Source: Klebsormidium nitens
Taxonomy: Eukaryota; Plantae; Klebsormidiophyceae
Assembly (NCBI GenBank): GCA_000708835.1
Contig: DF237078.1
Coordinates: 62,001-126,000, forward strand
Direction: 5' to 3'
DNA length: 64,000 nt
A program made the position numbers and the translations under genes. This document shows, in pieces, positions 9,501 to 23,000 of this stretch (position 1 is its first letter; every line of letters begins with the position of its first letter). Under the pieces are notes generated by a model. It saw only the letters and a program-made list of their open reading frames with translations, did no database searches and was not told where the DNA came from.

Positions 9501-12500
9501 CTACAGGAATTCCATCCCTTGCCGGCTCCTGTCATAGATGTCCTCGCTAACCTGGGCTAAGCCCGCTTGCTGCCGGAGGAACGCTATGTGCCACGTGAAT
9601 GTGGAGTACTCGTTCCCGATGAAAGTGCGCGCCCGCGAACACACCAGCTGGTCGATCTGGCCCTCCCTCATCGTCACCTCCCCCTCTAGCGTCCGCACGT
9701 GCGCTAGCTCCCACTTCGGGAAGTGGTCGTACAGGAACGCCACGGTGGGGTACCCCGCAGCGAGGAAAGCGTCCCTCGTCTCCTGGGTAGGCACATCCGT
9801 CGTAAGGTATAGCGTGCGCTCCGACGGCGGCATCTTCTTCACCAGGATCTGCACGATCTCATCCAGCGGCTTCACGATCCCCCAGTCCCGCTGGCTGTCC
9901 AGGAACTCCTGGCTGTGCCGCAGGTGGAAGCAGTCGAAGCTCTTGGAGGGGGACGCCTCCGCCACCGCGAGGCTGACGTGGTCGGCGATCTCAAGGGTCC
10001 GGTTGATGGGCACCACGGCGCGGTGGATCTGCTCGTTGAAGCGCGCCTGCAAGCCGAAACGATAACGAACGATGAGGAAAAACGCGGAGCCCGAGTGTCT
10101 TGGTAGATTCGAAGCAACCGCAACCGGCACGCCCTGGACATAGAAGGACGGTAAGACTTGTATGAGTAAGCGTTTCGAGTCACAAGCTCAGGAAGGGCAG
10201 TCTCTTCTGCACGCTGGGCACACTGCAAATGGTGGCTAAAAAGGACGAGAGACGTACCTCATATCTCACCAATAACAACCGAGCCTTCAGCGCAATCAGA
10301 AGTCGCTTCTGCCTTGCCACTCTGGCTGACACGGTGCTCGAAGCTTGAAACTTCTGGCGAACTTCAAATCACTCAAGCCACAGACGTGCGCTCACATGCT
10401 CGTCGGGGTCGTCGAACTTGTCGAAGCGCCGGAAGAGGCCGTGGAAGACCAGCAGCGGATCCTCATTGGCTCCGTACCACCCACGCAGCTCCGCCGGCGA
10501 CGCCCCATGCCACTCGCGCTCCGGCTTCACGATGACCGCGCGGTCGAGCCACGGCGCGGACGACGGGACGGGCGGGATGGCAACGTCCATCACCTGGGCG
10601 GACCAGGACGGCTGCTTTTGAAAAAGCTTGACGCAGAAGGAGGGACCTTTGTGCGCCGAGAAGCTATTGTGGCAGATGGCTCATGCTTGGAGCACGAAAA
10701 GCAGGTGTAAGTGACCAGTACTTTTGGAAATTGGACAGTTGCGTGCGACAAAGGAATACCTGAACGTTTGCCGGGTTAAAGGGCCGAGAGTAGCACTCGT
10801 ACGTCCGGCAGACCTTCGTTGAAACTATTGCTGTGCTCTACTCAGGATGGTGTTCTTGTGAAATGGGAATTGACGGTCGACATAACGTCCTTCCTGAGCC
10901 CGTTTCTTCCTCGCAACTTCGTTTCTCCAATCATTCACAGTGCGCACCTGTACGGGCAGGGTCTCCCACGAGGGGAACGCCTCCTCCAGGAAATGGTGCG
11001 GTTGCACCTCCGGGAACTCCGTTTCGAACCGCCCGACGTCGAAGAAGTAGTCCATCGGCACCGGAGACTCCTGCCGGTGCCGCCGGTGGAATCGCGGCAT
11101 GATGAGGGTGCGGTTCAAGACGCGCGCGATCGCGAGCGCGTTGCGGAACGCCTGCCGCTGGTTGTTGAGCCCGTTCTCTTCGATCGCATCGAAGTACGTG
11201 AGGTACTTGGCATCCGGGGCGGGTGCGGCGGGGGCCCATAGGCCAGCCTCGCGGAGCCGGTACCGCTTGGAGGCTGGGGCAACCCAATCGTTGAGCACTG
11301 CGATTGGGTCCGCGCCGGACGCCTGTCGCAGAGGGGAGATGGAGAAGCTCAGCGACGATGCCTGTGCGCTTTTGTCAATTAAGGTTGAAGCGGGGGACAT
11401 CAACGGAGCCGAGCGGCTCGCGATCAGAGTGCTGTGCCGCTAGCAATCGCCTCCGGCGTTTTGTAGCGCGTAACTGTTGGACGCTTTATCTCTTGTAGAT
11501 AAGAAAGCGAACCGCAAGTCTTTCGGTGAGTAGAGTTCGCACGTGGTGCATGCGGCGACCAGCGGCTCAGACCAGTATGCTTGCCGTTGGAAGAAGAACT
11601 GACACAACAGCATTGCTCCGTTCGCAAGAGCCATTCTAAGGAAATATCGGAAGATACTGCAACGTGAGGGACTTGGACCCAGAATTGTCCCCGCCATAAC
11701 CAAGGCATACATGTCACAGGCAAAGCTCTTACAATACCTTGATGCGACGAAGGGAGCACCAGGATTCCCAGCCCGCTCCCATGGCTGGCTGGAGTGTCCC
11801 CGTCTGCAAGAGCGACACGCTGCTGCTTGACCGCACGCAATTCCCGATGCATCGAATCGAACCGCCTCACCTGAGGCAGATGCTCTTCGAAGAAGTGCGG
11901 GCCGTTTGGGAACAGCGCGGGCTTGAGGGTGCCCCAGAGGAGCGACGTCCCGGCCTGCTTCAGCAGCTGGCTCAGCAGCGCCCCCTCGTCGGCTGCGGGA
12001 TCAGCGTCCAGCTCCTGCACCGGCAGAACGTACGGGGGTCAAGCAAGCCCTAGCAAGACCAATCTTTTCGGCTGCCTTTAAACCTCCCTGGAATCTCAAT
12101 ACGACTGTTCGAGCCAAGCGTCAACTCGTGTCAGGAAAGAATTCCTACTGGTCAATTTGAGTGCTCTGCTAGTTAGTTGAATAATCGTCTACAGTAGTTA
12201 GTTGGCTTACCGTCGGGCGATCAAAAAAAACGCACTACGGTTTTCTTCTTTGAAAACATGCTGCACCCATCTTGTGACTATAAACGGTAGAGATTATCAG
12301 GCAAGGGCCGGCGCAATGTTTTGCCGCACTCTCGTCCGGACTGCTCGCAACCTACCTTGAGCAGGTTCTCCCAGAACGCCACCACTGCCGCTGTCGGCGT
12401 CGAGTAGCTCACGCCCGCGCTCACATACGGATCCCACTCGCGGCCCGCACGCGTCTCCAGCGTCCCTTGCCGCGCATCGACCGGCACCTGCAGCTCGAAC

Positions 12501-15500
12501 TCCTTCGAGAAGCCCAGGAACGGGTCCCGCAACCACGCCACGTCATCCACGTCAGCAGCGACCACTCCGAACCCCTGCCGCAGCAACGAGAGCAGAGTCT
12601 GCACCCGCGCGCTCGAGTTGGGCGCGCCGCTGAACGGGACAATGGCCCCAACGCGTTTCGAAAGAGCGGTGGCGGCCTTCCCGGCGGCCGCGTCAACGGG
12701 AACTAGAACGAGGTGCCGGGCTGCGCCGGTCGTCTCGACGAGGCGCACGTAGTTGTCGAGCATCGGCGCGTTGGCGGCCGTCACGACCCCCAGCAAAAGG
12801 TTCCCCTCGGGGGTGGCCGCGGCGGCGAGGCCGGGCGAGCTGCGGGGACAAAGGAGGGGGCTATGAAGTTTGTAAACAACACACGAGATGAAACTTTGAA
12901 CATGGAGAAATGATTGCCGTTTGGAGTCACCGAAGAATGATCGAAGCGCGCACAACCTGTTCAATCAATGCGTCCTCCAACTTTTCGACCGCATTGAGAA
13001 GGTACAGGTTTTGTCAAGTGCTCCTTTGCCGCAGGTTGCACCTCCTCGGAACACCTTTTTAGGATCACAAACGATCGTTTGACTTCCCCACCTTTGCATC
13101 TCTTCCGCGGGGCTCTTTATCATGAGCGGTGTCGGGAGCAGCATCCTGCGCGTCTCCTCGTTCCCCAGCCGCGCAGCCACCGCATCTCCCGCCGGTTTCT
13201 GCTCTGCTCCTGCCCCTCGCGCCTTCTCCAGCTCGGCTTTCACTCGCTCGAGCTCCCCCCGGAGCTGCACCGTCTCTTGTGCTGCTTGCGCCGCGGCCTT
13301 GTCCGCCAAGTCCGTTTCGGACTCCGTGAAGGTGCCCTTGAACTCCTGGCTGATCGCGGGCTTGGGGTCCGCGTGGATGAAGAGGACGTGGCGGGGCACA
13401 TCTTCCGCCTTGTACTGCAGCGGGGGACAGGCGCTCGTTTTGAGGGGTGCAGCACGCTGATGCGGGAATGAGTAACTCACGAGGCCAGAGCTGAAACGAT
13501 TCGAAAGGACAAGCCGAAAATTGGATTCATTCCTGACGACGAGACGAGTTCGCCTTTTCGTTACACTCTTTCACAGAACAGGCTCTCCGCATGACCGCAG
13601 AACTACTTGACATGGTGTTTGCAACCCGGGTTGGGCCAACGAGCAAAGGCCGTACAGTCGCACAAGTCCGCATCAACAGATTGCACCACAGCCCAGGCGG
13701 CAAGCGCTCACCGGATAGGGCCCGTAGTTGCGGATCCAGTCGACGAGCTGCAGCAGGTGCACGTTCTGCCGGAAGCGCGGCTCGGGCCATGACTCGTGCA
13801 CCTCCTTAAGCATGGCCAGGTCGAACGGCCAGTGCTTCCACTCGCCTTCGCTGACCTCATCCACAAAGTCCAAAAAGGACGGGTCGCCAATATGGTACAG
13901 GGCGTTCCCGTTGATGTGCGCCCGGATCGCGCGCCCGATGAGCGCGCAGCCGCCACCTTCCTGCGGGATGCAGTCCCCCCGGTAGCTGCTGCCCTGCAAG
14001 CGGAGGGGGAACGAGGTTCCGCGTTGGCCGGATAAAGCTGGGGTCTCCAGCCATTGTCTCAGCCTCTACTGTCTGGTCCAAGTTACATGCTTGCAGCTCT
14101 CGTTCCAGCCAGATAGTGTACCATGTCAGTACGGTCAATGCGACATGGTCGAATGGGATCTTTCATTGGTTCAAAGGGCAACTGAGCTCTCACTCAAGTC
14201 AGTTGACGTGGAGACTGTCTCAAATCATTTGTTCGGATTGACTCAAGGGGGGTCGGCTGGAGTTTGGAACGATGATCTTGGTAGGCCGCTATGATGCTTG
14301 AATCTTTTGAGCTGCCCCTGCAACTCTCTTTCGACCACCCAATGATCAATTTTGCCAGTTGGATCGCTGTAGCCGCACGAGAGGTCCTCCCGAGAATCAC
14401 AAAAGAGGCTTACCTGAATCCAGTAAGGGCCAGATCGCCCCTTGGCCAACAGGTGCTCCAGCCAGTCGTTACGCTGAGGGATGTTGTCGGGCTCCATCCA
14501 GAAGAGGTGGCTGACGCCCGAGTTGGCCCACTCCTCCCCAGGCACGATCTTGAGCATCATGGTGTAGAACAGCTGGTTTGGTCCCCGCACCCACAGGTGG
14601 TTCTCCCTCTTCTTGTCATATGTATTGTCCACCCCCTACAAGAAAATCGGACGGGCATGGTATTGGGCCCCCTCACAGAGGATTTGAGATGCACATGTTC
14701 CAGGATGAGGCATGGGTGCCACATCAGCATGATAAGAGGTATGAAGGAGTGAACATCGATCACTTGCCTTTCTGCTGCAGGCTTGATAACGCGTTTGCCA
14801 CTCTGAAATAGCAAAGCTGCGAATCTCGCATTCCAGAGCTCTTGTCTTGAAAAATGGATTACTGACAAAGTTGATGGCTTCGCTAGTGCCTTGTACGTGT
14901 TCCAACTGAGCTATCTCCCTGACAGAGCTACCCTCTGCAGCTGCACCTTTGCAGGGGATGTGTCTCAAAAGCAACCCAAGGCGCAATGAAGTAATGAAGC
15001 TCACCGTAAGCGCTGCTGATGCGTAAGACACCTCTTTGAAGCACTTTTTGATACTGGCCAAGCCATTGATTGTGTTCTTCAAGGTGCCTTCCGATTCGCC
15101 TAGCTCCCCGTCTGTATAAAGCATCAGGTGTGCTAGCGACTTGGTCGTGTCAGACGAGCACGGAGTGACGGTCTCCCATCTTTCTAAGGCCGTGATTGTT
15201 TTTTGTAGCTGGTTGCCTGCAAGAGAAAACAGCTGATCGAGATCAGAAACCCACTCGAACTTGCCAGACAGAAATCAAGCTGCTCCATGGTTGTATGCCT
15301 TTTTAGGCTCTGAACATCATCTTGGCAGCTACTGCACCGGCTTGCATTGGGCGAGCAACCAGCTCCCTTTCACAAACGTATTCATTCACAGAACCTCTGT
15401 TACTTTGTTCACGTTGAGAATGAGCGCACACAGCGCGCAGCCACCGGATCCTTGCAGCCATCTAGAAGGAGCACCACACCTACCTGCAAAGACCATCACG

Positions 15501-15733
15501 ACGAGGATCTTGCCCGTGTCTCCAAACTCTGATAGGTCGGCCCTATCTAGCGCTGGCTTGCAGGGCAGCGCCACCTGGAGCGCCGCAGTGCTGATCAGGA
15601 CCACGGCAAGCAGGGTGATCATGCCCACCCTGCCGGCCAGGCTCCGAGGGAACCCCGCGATGTTCCGCACAACGTTCGACATGACTCGGGGTCGGGGACG
15701 GGACTTGGGGCCAAGCACGCCGCGGCGCTGCAT
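9501..15733 (-). CDS. Type II membrane multi-domain glycosyltransferase: TM + orphan GT-like domain + coiled linker + nucleotide-diphospho-sugar transferase (GT77-like) + O-fucosyltransferase-like; about 1017 aa, 10 exons
   Basis: Exons 15733-15484, 15216-15005, 14635-14414, 13993-13712, 13414-13092, 12839-12356, 12014-11871, 11322-10948, 10611-10396 and 10046-9501 are all GT-AG and phase-compatible (3054 nt by hand count). Motifs: TM GMITLLAVVLISTAALQVAL; GPNQLFY, FWMEPD, HINGNALY; ADVDDVAWLRDPF, KRYRLREAGLW; GLNNQRQ..ARVLNRTLIMPRF, HLR, LYLTTD, IDQLVCSRARTFIGNEYSTFT. Confidence 0.88.
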
Positions 15734-16394
15734 TCAAAGTTACGCTACCTCGCGGAGAGGTGGTGCGTGGGTGCACATTGACGCTTTTGGATTTGCGAAG
15801 TGGCCGTGCAATGTAGCGTACTAATTTGCGGACTGGGGCACTGCGAGGGAGTGACTCTCGGGCATCTGACCGGCAAGCAAGTTTTTGTCAAGAGCCAGGC
15901 ACTAAATGTGCTGGATTCCGCAGATTCTATGCAAGATGGAAAGCAATCCGAAAGGATGAGCTCAACGCCAGCAGAACGTCAACTGAACGGATCAAAGGAA
16001 CGTGTGAAAGATGGCCTCAAAGGTTCATGGGACTACCTTAATCAACGGTTTGATCTCAGATGGCGTAATAAAGTGCTTGCCCAGACGATAGAAAACTGGA
16101 AAGCTTCATACTTTCAGAAGAAACAGCGCCCTCGATGCTAAGATTCAGCTGCGCAGCGCTTCACATTGATTCATCTTGCAATGCAAGGTGGCCAGCTCAG
16201 GAGGTGAGGCCAAAACTGAATCAGGTTAACATTTAATACTGTTAATCCTGTGCCAAAGCCCCGGCCAGGACCAACGTGGACCAAGGCCCGCCCAGCCACG
16301 CCCAGCTAGACACTTGAATGAGGGTTCAATGCGCCCGGTAGTGCACGGCCGGCGTGTGTGCAACATTTCGTCTGCCCCTGGGTTAGCAGGGCAG

Positions 16395-16403
16395 TTAGGG
16401 TTT
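16395..16403 (+). promoter_or_regulatory. Telo-box-like motif (TTAGGGTTT) in the divergent GT/UBC promoter region
   Basis: Exact match to the reverse complement of AAACCCTAA, about 600 nt upstream of the UBC CDS. A single short motif. Confidence 0.35.
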
Positions 16404-17021
16404 CCTGTCCTCAGCTAGGAGTGCAGAAATTGTGGCGGGTAAACTTTGAAAGGACTCAAAGAGAGATGATTGTCGCGAGTTCTTCATGACTTTTCAACTC
16501 ATGCAGTGACAAAACTTCAAGCAAGCGTGCATGACACTGACAGCACAGCGCCTGTTGTGCTTCTGCCGGGGCCGGAGCTGAGGAGTCCTGGCTGGAGAAG
16601 GTTGTGCTCGCCACAGCTAACCCGTTCTTGGACAAAAGTGGGACGGGTCACTTACCACAAGGGTTTCTAGGTTTTGGTGGCCATGACTCCAGCAATCGGT
16701 GCTCAAGTCGGCAGCCGAAGCAATCCTGAAGACCGTGAGAGAAGATTATCCTTGGTAAGGATGGTCATCTTGCCTGGATTTTGTGGTTTGTAGCTGACGG
16801 TTTGAGAGGTGATGTCTAACGGTCCTGCCGCTCTGCAGAGATGCCGTTGCAGTTCCACCTTCCTCCTAAATGACTCTAAAATTTCTGTCATTGGACTTTC
16901 AAGAAGAAATGCTGGTGGCGTCGTTCAATCAGCAGTTGTTGAGGCAGGCTGCACAGAGCTTTTCGTTGCAAACTGCTTTTCGACATGAGTGCTCAATGCT
17001 GCTACTTGGTTCTTTCAATTG

Positions 17022-20000
17022 ATGCAGAGACTCCACACGGAAGACATCGTTTGCGATCCAGAAAACCCGAGCGTGATCGGAGTCGTCACGCGAGTCCATA
17101 ACGACGAAGAGTTTGAGGAGGACGAGGACGAATACGAGGAGGATGACGCGCCGCTCGAGCCCGGCCAGGTGGAGGTCTGCTGGATCGGACAGCCAGAGAG
17201 TGCCTCAGACAGCAACCATGAGGAACCTGATAACCAAGAGATTGTGGACAGCAGCAAGCTCACGCTGGTCGACAGGTCTCTCATGCACGGAGATATTGTT
17301 GGCGTGTCGGCAAACCCCCTGGGCCAGTCAGGCACCGTAGTGGACGTTGACTTGTCGGTAGACCTCAAGCTCTCAAACGGCACGCTAATCCAAGATGTCT
17401 CGGCCAAGCGGCTGGGCCAGATTCGCAAGTTCAGCGTCGGCTGCTATGTCATGTACCAGCAGTGGCTTGGGAAGATTGAGGAGGTGCTGGACGACCTCGT
17501 CATCTGCTTTGAAGACGGGGGCGTGTGCGAAGTTAAGGACGTGGCATACCCGGTGGTGGTCCCAGTGGCCCTCTCAGCAGCCGATGATGAGAACATGTGC
17601 CCGTACTGGCCCGGCCAGGTGAGGGCATGCATCTCGATGCATGGCGTTCGACCTGCCTGCAGTCTCATGGCTGCTCATTACTTGCTTGCCTCTGTTAAGA
17701 CACTACGTCAGATCACGATATGTTTATTTTGGATCTCGTGACCTTGTTGAGCAAGTTTTTGCTTGCAGACTTAGCCAGGCGTTTGTCGTGCATGTCCCCA
17801 GCCTTGATGATGAGCAGTCGATGCCTGCAGGTTGTTCGCGCCTACAACCCAGGTTCCACCTTTCGAACGGCAAAGTGGTTGCAGGGCAGTTGGAGTCCAA
17901 ACAAGCAAACGGGAACTGTGAAAGAAGTCAAGCCCGGGTCTATCACCATAACCTGGCGCACCTGTGTCAAGGTATGCCTTGCTTTCATGATCTTCTTCCT
18001 GAAAGTCATCTGGGAAACCTCTATTGCAATGGAACAAGCAAGTGCCTGCAAACCTGCAGATTGGAGCAAGTCCGATGTTTATAAGCCTGAGGGCCAATCA
18101 ACAAATGGATGCATCTCCCACTGGTTATCAATTGGCTTACTCGTCCTTGATGCATCACCCTGACTTCTTCTGACTCACTTCGGCAACTGCAGATGCCAAG
18201 TGGCAACGGCGACCTGTTGAACCCGCCCACGGACGTCATTGCGGGGTCTGCCCTTACGCCTCTGACCTACTTCGCTTACACGCACTTCCAGCTCGGGGAC
18301 AGGTGCCTTGTGCCCCAAGGTGAGCAGTGCACCACTCAAGAGTCCCTGCCGAAACAAGGGTGGAGTTTATATTCAATCTAATCTGCGTGGGATTTCGTCT
18401 GGTGTACGGAGGGCTGTAAGGGCCTTGCTGACGACGATTTGTTGTTTCTAGCAGTAGCGTTCATAGATTCCTGGTGAGCGTGAACGCATTTGAAGGGACC
18501 GTCAAGCTGTTCGTTGCGTCGCCCGGTGGCACTGCTGCAAGCTCTATCACTTTCAAGTCAAACGCGACTGATGTTCTTTCTCTCCTTTCCAGATCTCCTT
18601 GCGGAGGGGGCCGAGGCGTCCCCTGCAGACGGCCCTGCTGACGAGTCTGAAGGGGCAGGTAAGGCGCCGGACACTGCCTCTCCCGCGTCTAGTTCCCCAC
18701 CCTCCGGGGCTGCCTCTTCCTCTGGCACTCCGGGCGCTGGTCCCGGCCAGGAAACTGATCACGGCCCGGCTGCTGAGGGAAAGGGGCGCAAGCGTGCGCA
18801 GAAGCGGGCACAGCAGCGCGAGCGGCGACGAGCCAAGAACCAGAAGGGGCCCGCGGCCAAGGAGAAGGTGAAGCTGCAGGCGGCGGCCGTGATTGTGAAC
18901 ACGAGGACGACGGTGGCGGTGCTGTGGCAGGACGGGAGCAAGGCGGAGGGGCTCAGGGGGGCGGACCTGTTCCCAGTGGAGGACCTGGGTGAGCAGTGGG
19001 TACCATCTTGAGGTTCGGCCTACTGATGACGTGGTAGTTGACGTTGTTTCTCTGTTGTGCTCGCTTGTTGAGGCTGGAGATTGTGACCTAGTCAGAAGAA
19101 GCAATTGTGCAATGTCGACCTCAGAGGAACTTGTTGCCAGAAGTGGCGTTCAAATTGTTGGCACAAGGCTTTGAGATGCCCAACGTATCCGTTCAGTTGT
19201 TGCTGATTTGCGAAATGCAAGGCGCTGAACCGGCTGCTTCTTCACTTTCTCCTTAACGCTACTTTCTCTGGTACAGGAGACTACGATTTCTGGCCCGAGG
19301 AGTACGTGGTTGAGCGCGAGCCGAGCGAGGAGGGCAAGGAGCGGCAGTGCCTGGTGAAGGCGGTGAACGCCAAGGAGCGGACCGCGGTCGTCAAGTGGCT
19401 GGAGGGCGAACTCGAGTATGAGCAGCCCCTGCGCTTCGGGCCCGAGGAAGTGGTCAGCGTGTATGAGCTGGCAGAGCATCCCGACTACGACTACAGGTGA
19501 GGGCAAGCACTGCTCACGATCTGCCCAGCACGAGTTTAGCTTGGTCAGAGTGTTTGCTTTACTTACAACGTTTGTTGACAGACTGATCACTTCCAGACAT
19601 TGCAGCGAAGCCTAGGCAACGTGGTTGCAAGGTGTCGTCCTGCCTCTTTCAGACTTAGACGCTTTAGCCAGCGATCGACTTCATGCGCTTGTCATAGGTT
19701 TCGGAAACTCCTGCCTTCTCTTTATGAAGCTTCTAGAGAACTCGTCAACGAGTAAGGCCAGGGTTCCTGCCGACCTTTTGTGCACACGATGACACGGCAA
19801 GCTTTCAGTTCGCCAACTCGGAACGCTTTGTTGCGGCCGCAGGTTGGGCGACGTGGTCACGCGCTTGCCCGGCGCCACGCGCGGCACCATCCTCAACCCC
19901 AGCGACGAAATCCCTCCCACTTCCGACACCAGCTCGAGCCCCGCCGCGCCACAGCTGGAGTACGTCGGCGAAATCGTAGCGCTCCGAGACGGCCTCATCA

Positions 20001-23000
20001 CGGTCGCGTGGGCGGACGGCGTGGTGTCGCGGGTCGGGCCGCAGAACGTTCTGGTGGCCAGCAGCGAGGACGACGGGGACGAGGAAGTGGAGGACGAGAG
20101 CTTCTACGGCTCCGACGAGGAGGATGCCGAGAGCTGGGAGACGCTCTCGGGGGACGGCAGCGAGCAGGAGGGGCCGCCACCGGAGGACCCGGCCAACGAG
20201 GTGGGCTGCTGGAATAGGCTTCGGTAGCACGCGTCGCTGGGTCTTGAAAATCCCTTTGCGCAAGGCACAAATGAGCGTTTCTTCAGCCATGGCAATAGGG
20301 TTTCTTTGTCTCGAGCGGTGAGCTCTAAGATTTCCTTTTCCGCTGCCTGCTTGGTGAAGCTATCTCCAGCAAGCTAGATCGAGGATTCACATAGCTGCTC
20401 TCATTTTGCCCCCTCGTCATTGTTAGCGGCAAGCATACGTCACTCGGTTCCCCTATCGCAGCAGCACGGGCCACACCCCTTCACACGATCTTTGCTCTGC
20501 AGGTGGTCCAGCGCTGGCAGCAGGCTGAGGCGACTTTCGCCGCGCTCGATGGCAGCGCTCCTCGTAGCATGGGCACGTCTCGTTTCGGAGAAGAGGCGCT
20601 GTGGACCGCTGACGACTTCCCGGCCCTCCCTGCCGCCAATCTGAACGGCTTGGCCGGACCCTCCGGCCAGCCACCAAACGTCGAAGCGATTCGGCCAGGG
20701 ATCGGGTCCCGGTACGAGCCGCCGCCGAACCCCTTGAGCGCATCGCCGGGCGCTCTTGGGCTGCCGGGAGCGGGGCTGCGCTTTTTGGGCCGGGTGGCGC
20801 GTGGGTGGCTCATGTATGGGGCGGAGGGGGTGAGTGTGTCGCAAGGGGCCCCGAGCCCGGATGCTGCCGGTACGGGGGCTGGAGGAGAAACGGCCGCAGA
20901 AGCAGAGAAGACGGAGGATGCTAATGCGGGGAGGGAAAACGAGGGGGGAGCGGCGGAGGCACGCAAAAGTGGGGCGGTGGAATTGGGAGCAGTGGCGTCA
21001 GATGAGGCGCCAGAGCCGTGCCTGGACGCTCCTCCGCTGAGCAGTGCACCAAGAATGGAAGTTGAAGCTCTGGCCACTTTGTCAGGTAGCGAGGCGTCAG
21101 TGCCCGTGGAACCCTCTGTCGATTCTGCTGCGACTGCAACAGCTGGGCCTGATTACCAGGGCGGGATCGAGATGAGCTGGCCGCTGACGAGGCCGACTCA
21201 GAGGACGGACGAGACGTCAGTGAGCGCACCTGGCGTGCCCGATCCGCGGTTGACCGAGAAGCAGGCGGCCGCGGTGCAGGCGGCGGGGGAGAAGCTGCGC
21301 GGGCTGAAGCACTTCGAGCTGCTGCCAACAGCGCCCGAGGACCACAAGTTCCTGGACCAAACGGGGCAGGTGCAAATCCTGCGCGGCGACGTTTTCGTTG
21401 CTCTTCAGCAGACTGAGACAAGGTTTACCTGTCAAACGGCATGGAAACGGTGGTTTCTGGCCCAGATCTTTCTTAGAGCCGCCTGAATATATGTACCCTA
21501 GCCGCCCAGTTCGCAGTGAAGAAAGAGCGGCGGTTCTCCGTCGCCAATATCTTTGCTTCAGATGGTCGAACTTTCCCATGTGTATTTAGATAGAGCTTTC
21601 GGCGCTACAACACGGATATTACAGTTGCTCTCATGGATCACCACTCTCTTCTTGGAGTACGCAGGTTCCTAGCCTCACTTTGAGCTTCCGACCTCTTTTC
21701 ACGCCGCCCAAAACCCCCCTCACTCACTGCGTGATTCTCATCCCGCCGCCCCTCCTGCAGGCGACCAACCCGCGGCGGTGGGCCAAGCGCATTCAGACGG
21801 AGTGGGCCGCCCTTGAAGCGAGTCTCCCCGACAGCATCTACCTCCAAGTCTACGAGGGCCGCATGGATCTGCTGCGCGCCGTGATCGTCGGAGCCGCGGG
21901 GACGCCGTACCACGACAACCTCTTCTTCTTCGACTTCCACTTCCCGCCCGAGTACCCCAACGCGCCGCCGCTCGCGCACTACCACTCGGGCGGCCTGCGC
22001 GTGAACCCCAACCTGTACGAGTCGGGCAAAGTGTGCCTCAGCCTGCTCAACACCTGGAACGGCAAGGGGACCGAGCTTTGGGACGCCACGTCGTCCATGC
22101 TGCAGGTACGCAGCCGCCGCTCTCAGTGCACGTGTGGAGAATGCCGTCTTTGGAGGTCGTGCTCTGCTCTTCCTGTCGCGAACGAGACAGGCACGGTGAA
22201 GATTTAGCACCTGCCTATTTTTGAGAACGATGGGATCTGAAGAGGTTGCCTGCCGAAAGGCAAAGATGCCCGTTTCTATCCTGCTAAGCCGATGTTCAAA
22301 GTGGGCCAGGAATGCCAGGAACGCAAGGGCGAAAGGTTTGCAAGCTTCGCAACGGCTTCCTAAAGGTTGTCCGCTTCTGTGACTCCCGCTTCTTACAGTG
22401 CCCTCTTCTTCGTCGTAAAAAAGCGGTCTCAGAGGTCCGTCCCGCCTTTCTCGCCTGCTTTGCTCTCTGTAGTCTTCTCGGATCCGCGGTACATTCCTCC
22501 ACGTGCTGACGTGGCCGCGTGTGGCTGCAGGTGCTCATCTCGCTGCAGGGCCTCGTGCTGGTGCCCAAGCCGTACTTCAACGAGGCCGGCTACGAGAAGC
22601 AGCAGGGCACCATCGAGGGCGAGAAGAACTCGCTGGTGTACAACGAGAGCGCGTACCTGCTCGTCTGCAAGTCCATGCAGTACCTCATCCGGCGGCCGCC
22701 GCAGGTGAGACTACTTGTACCTTGATTTTGTTTCAAAACGCTCTACAGGTGGCAAGTGAAGTCGAGAGCTTGAACCAAAGGCTAGAGCGGGTTCTGGACG
22801 CTTGTCGCTCTCGTGGAACTTAGTTTCCCTTTTCTAATAGAAGCGGTTTGAAAGTCGAGCTTACACGTGACATTGCAGCACATTCATAGTTGCTAGGCAA
22901 GTAAGCCCGCAGCATTGCAGCAGTTGTGCTTGCCCAAAGAACTTCGTTGATCAAGAGTTTTGAAATCAATGTCAAAGACAGCACATGATCTGCGTACGAA

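Noticed and set aside
16200-17030. miR399-type target repeats expected in a PHO2/UBC24 leader
   Set aside because: No tandem GGGCAAATCTCCTTTGGCA-like sites are visible, so the gene cannot be called PHO2 specifically rather than UBC23-like.
19249-19276. TCCTTAAC close to an acceptor, resembling a U12 branch point
   Set aside because: The matching donor at 18989 is GTGAGC (U2-type), not GTATCCTT or ATATCCTT.
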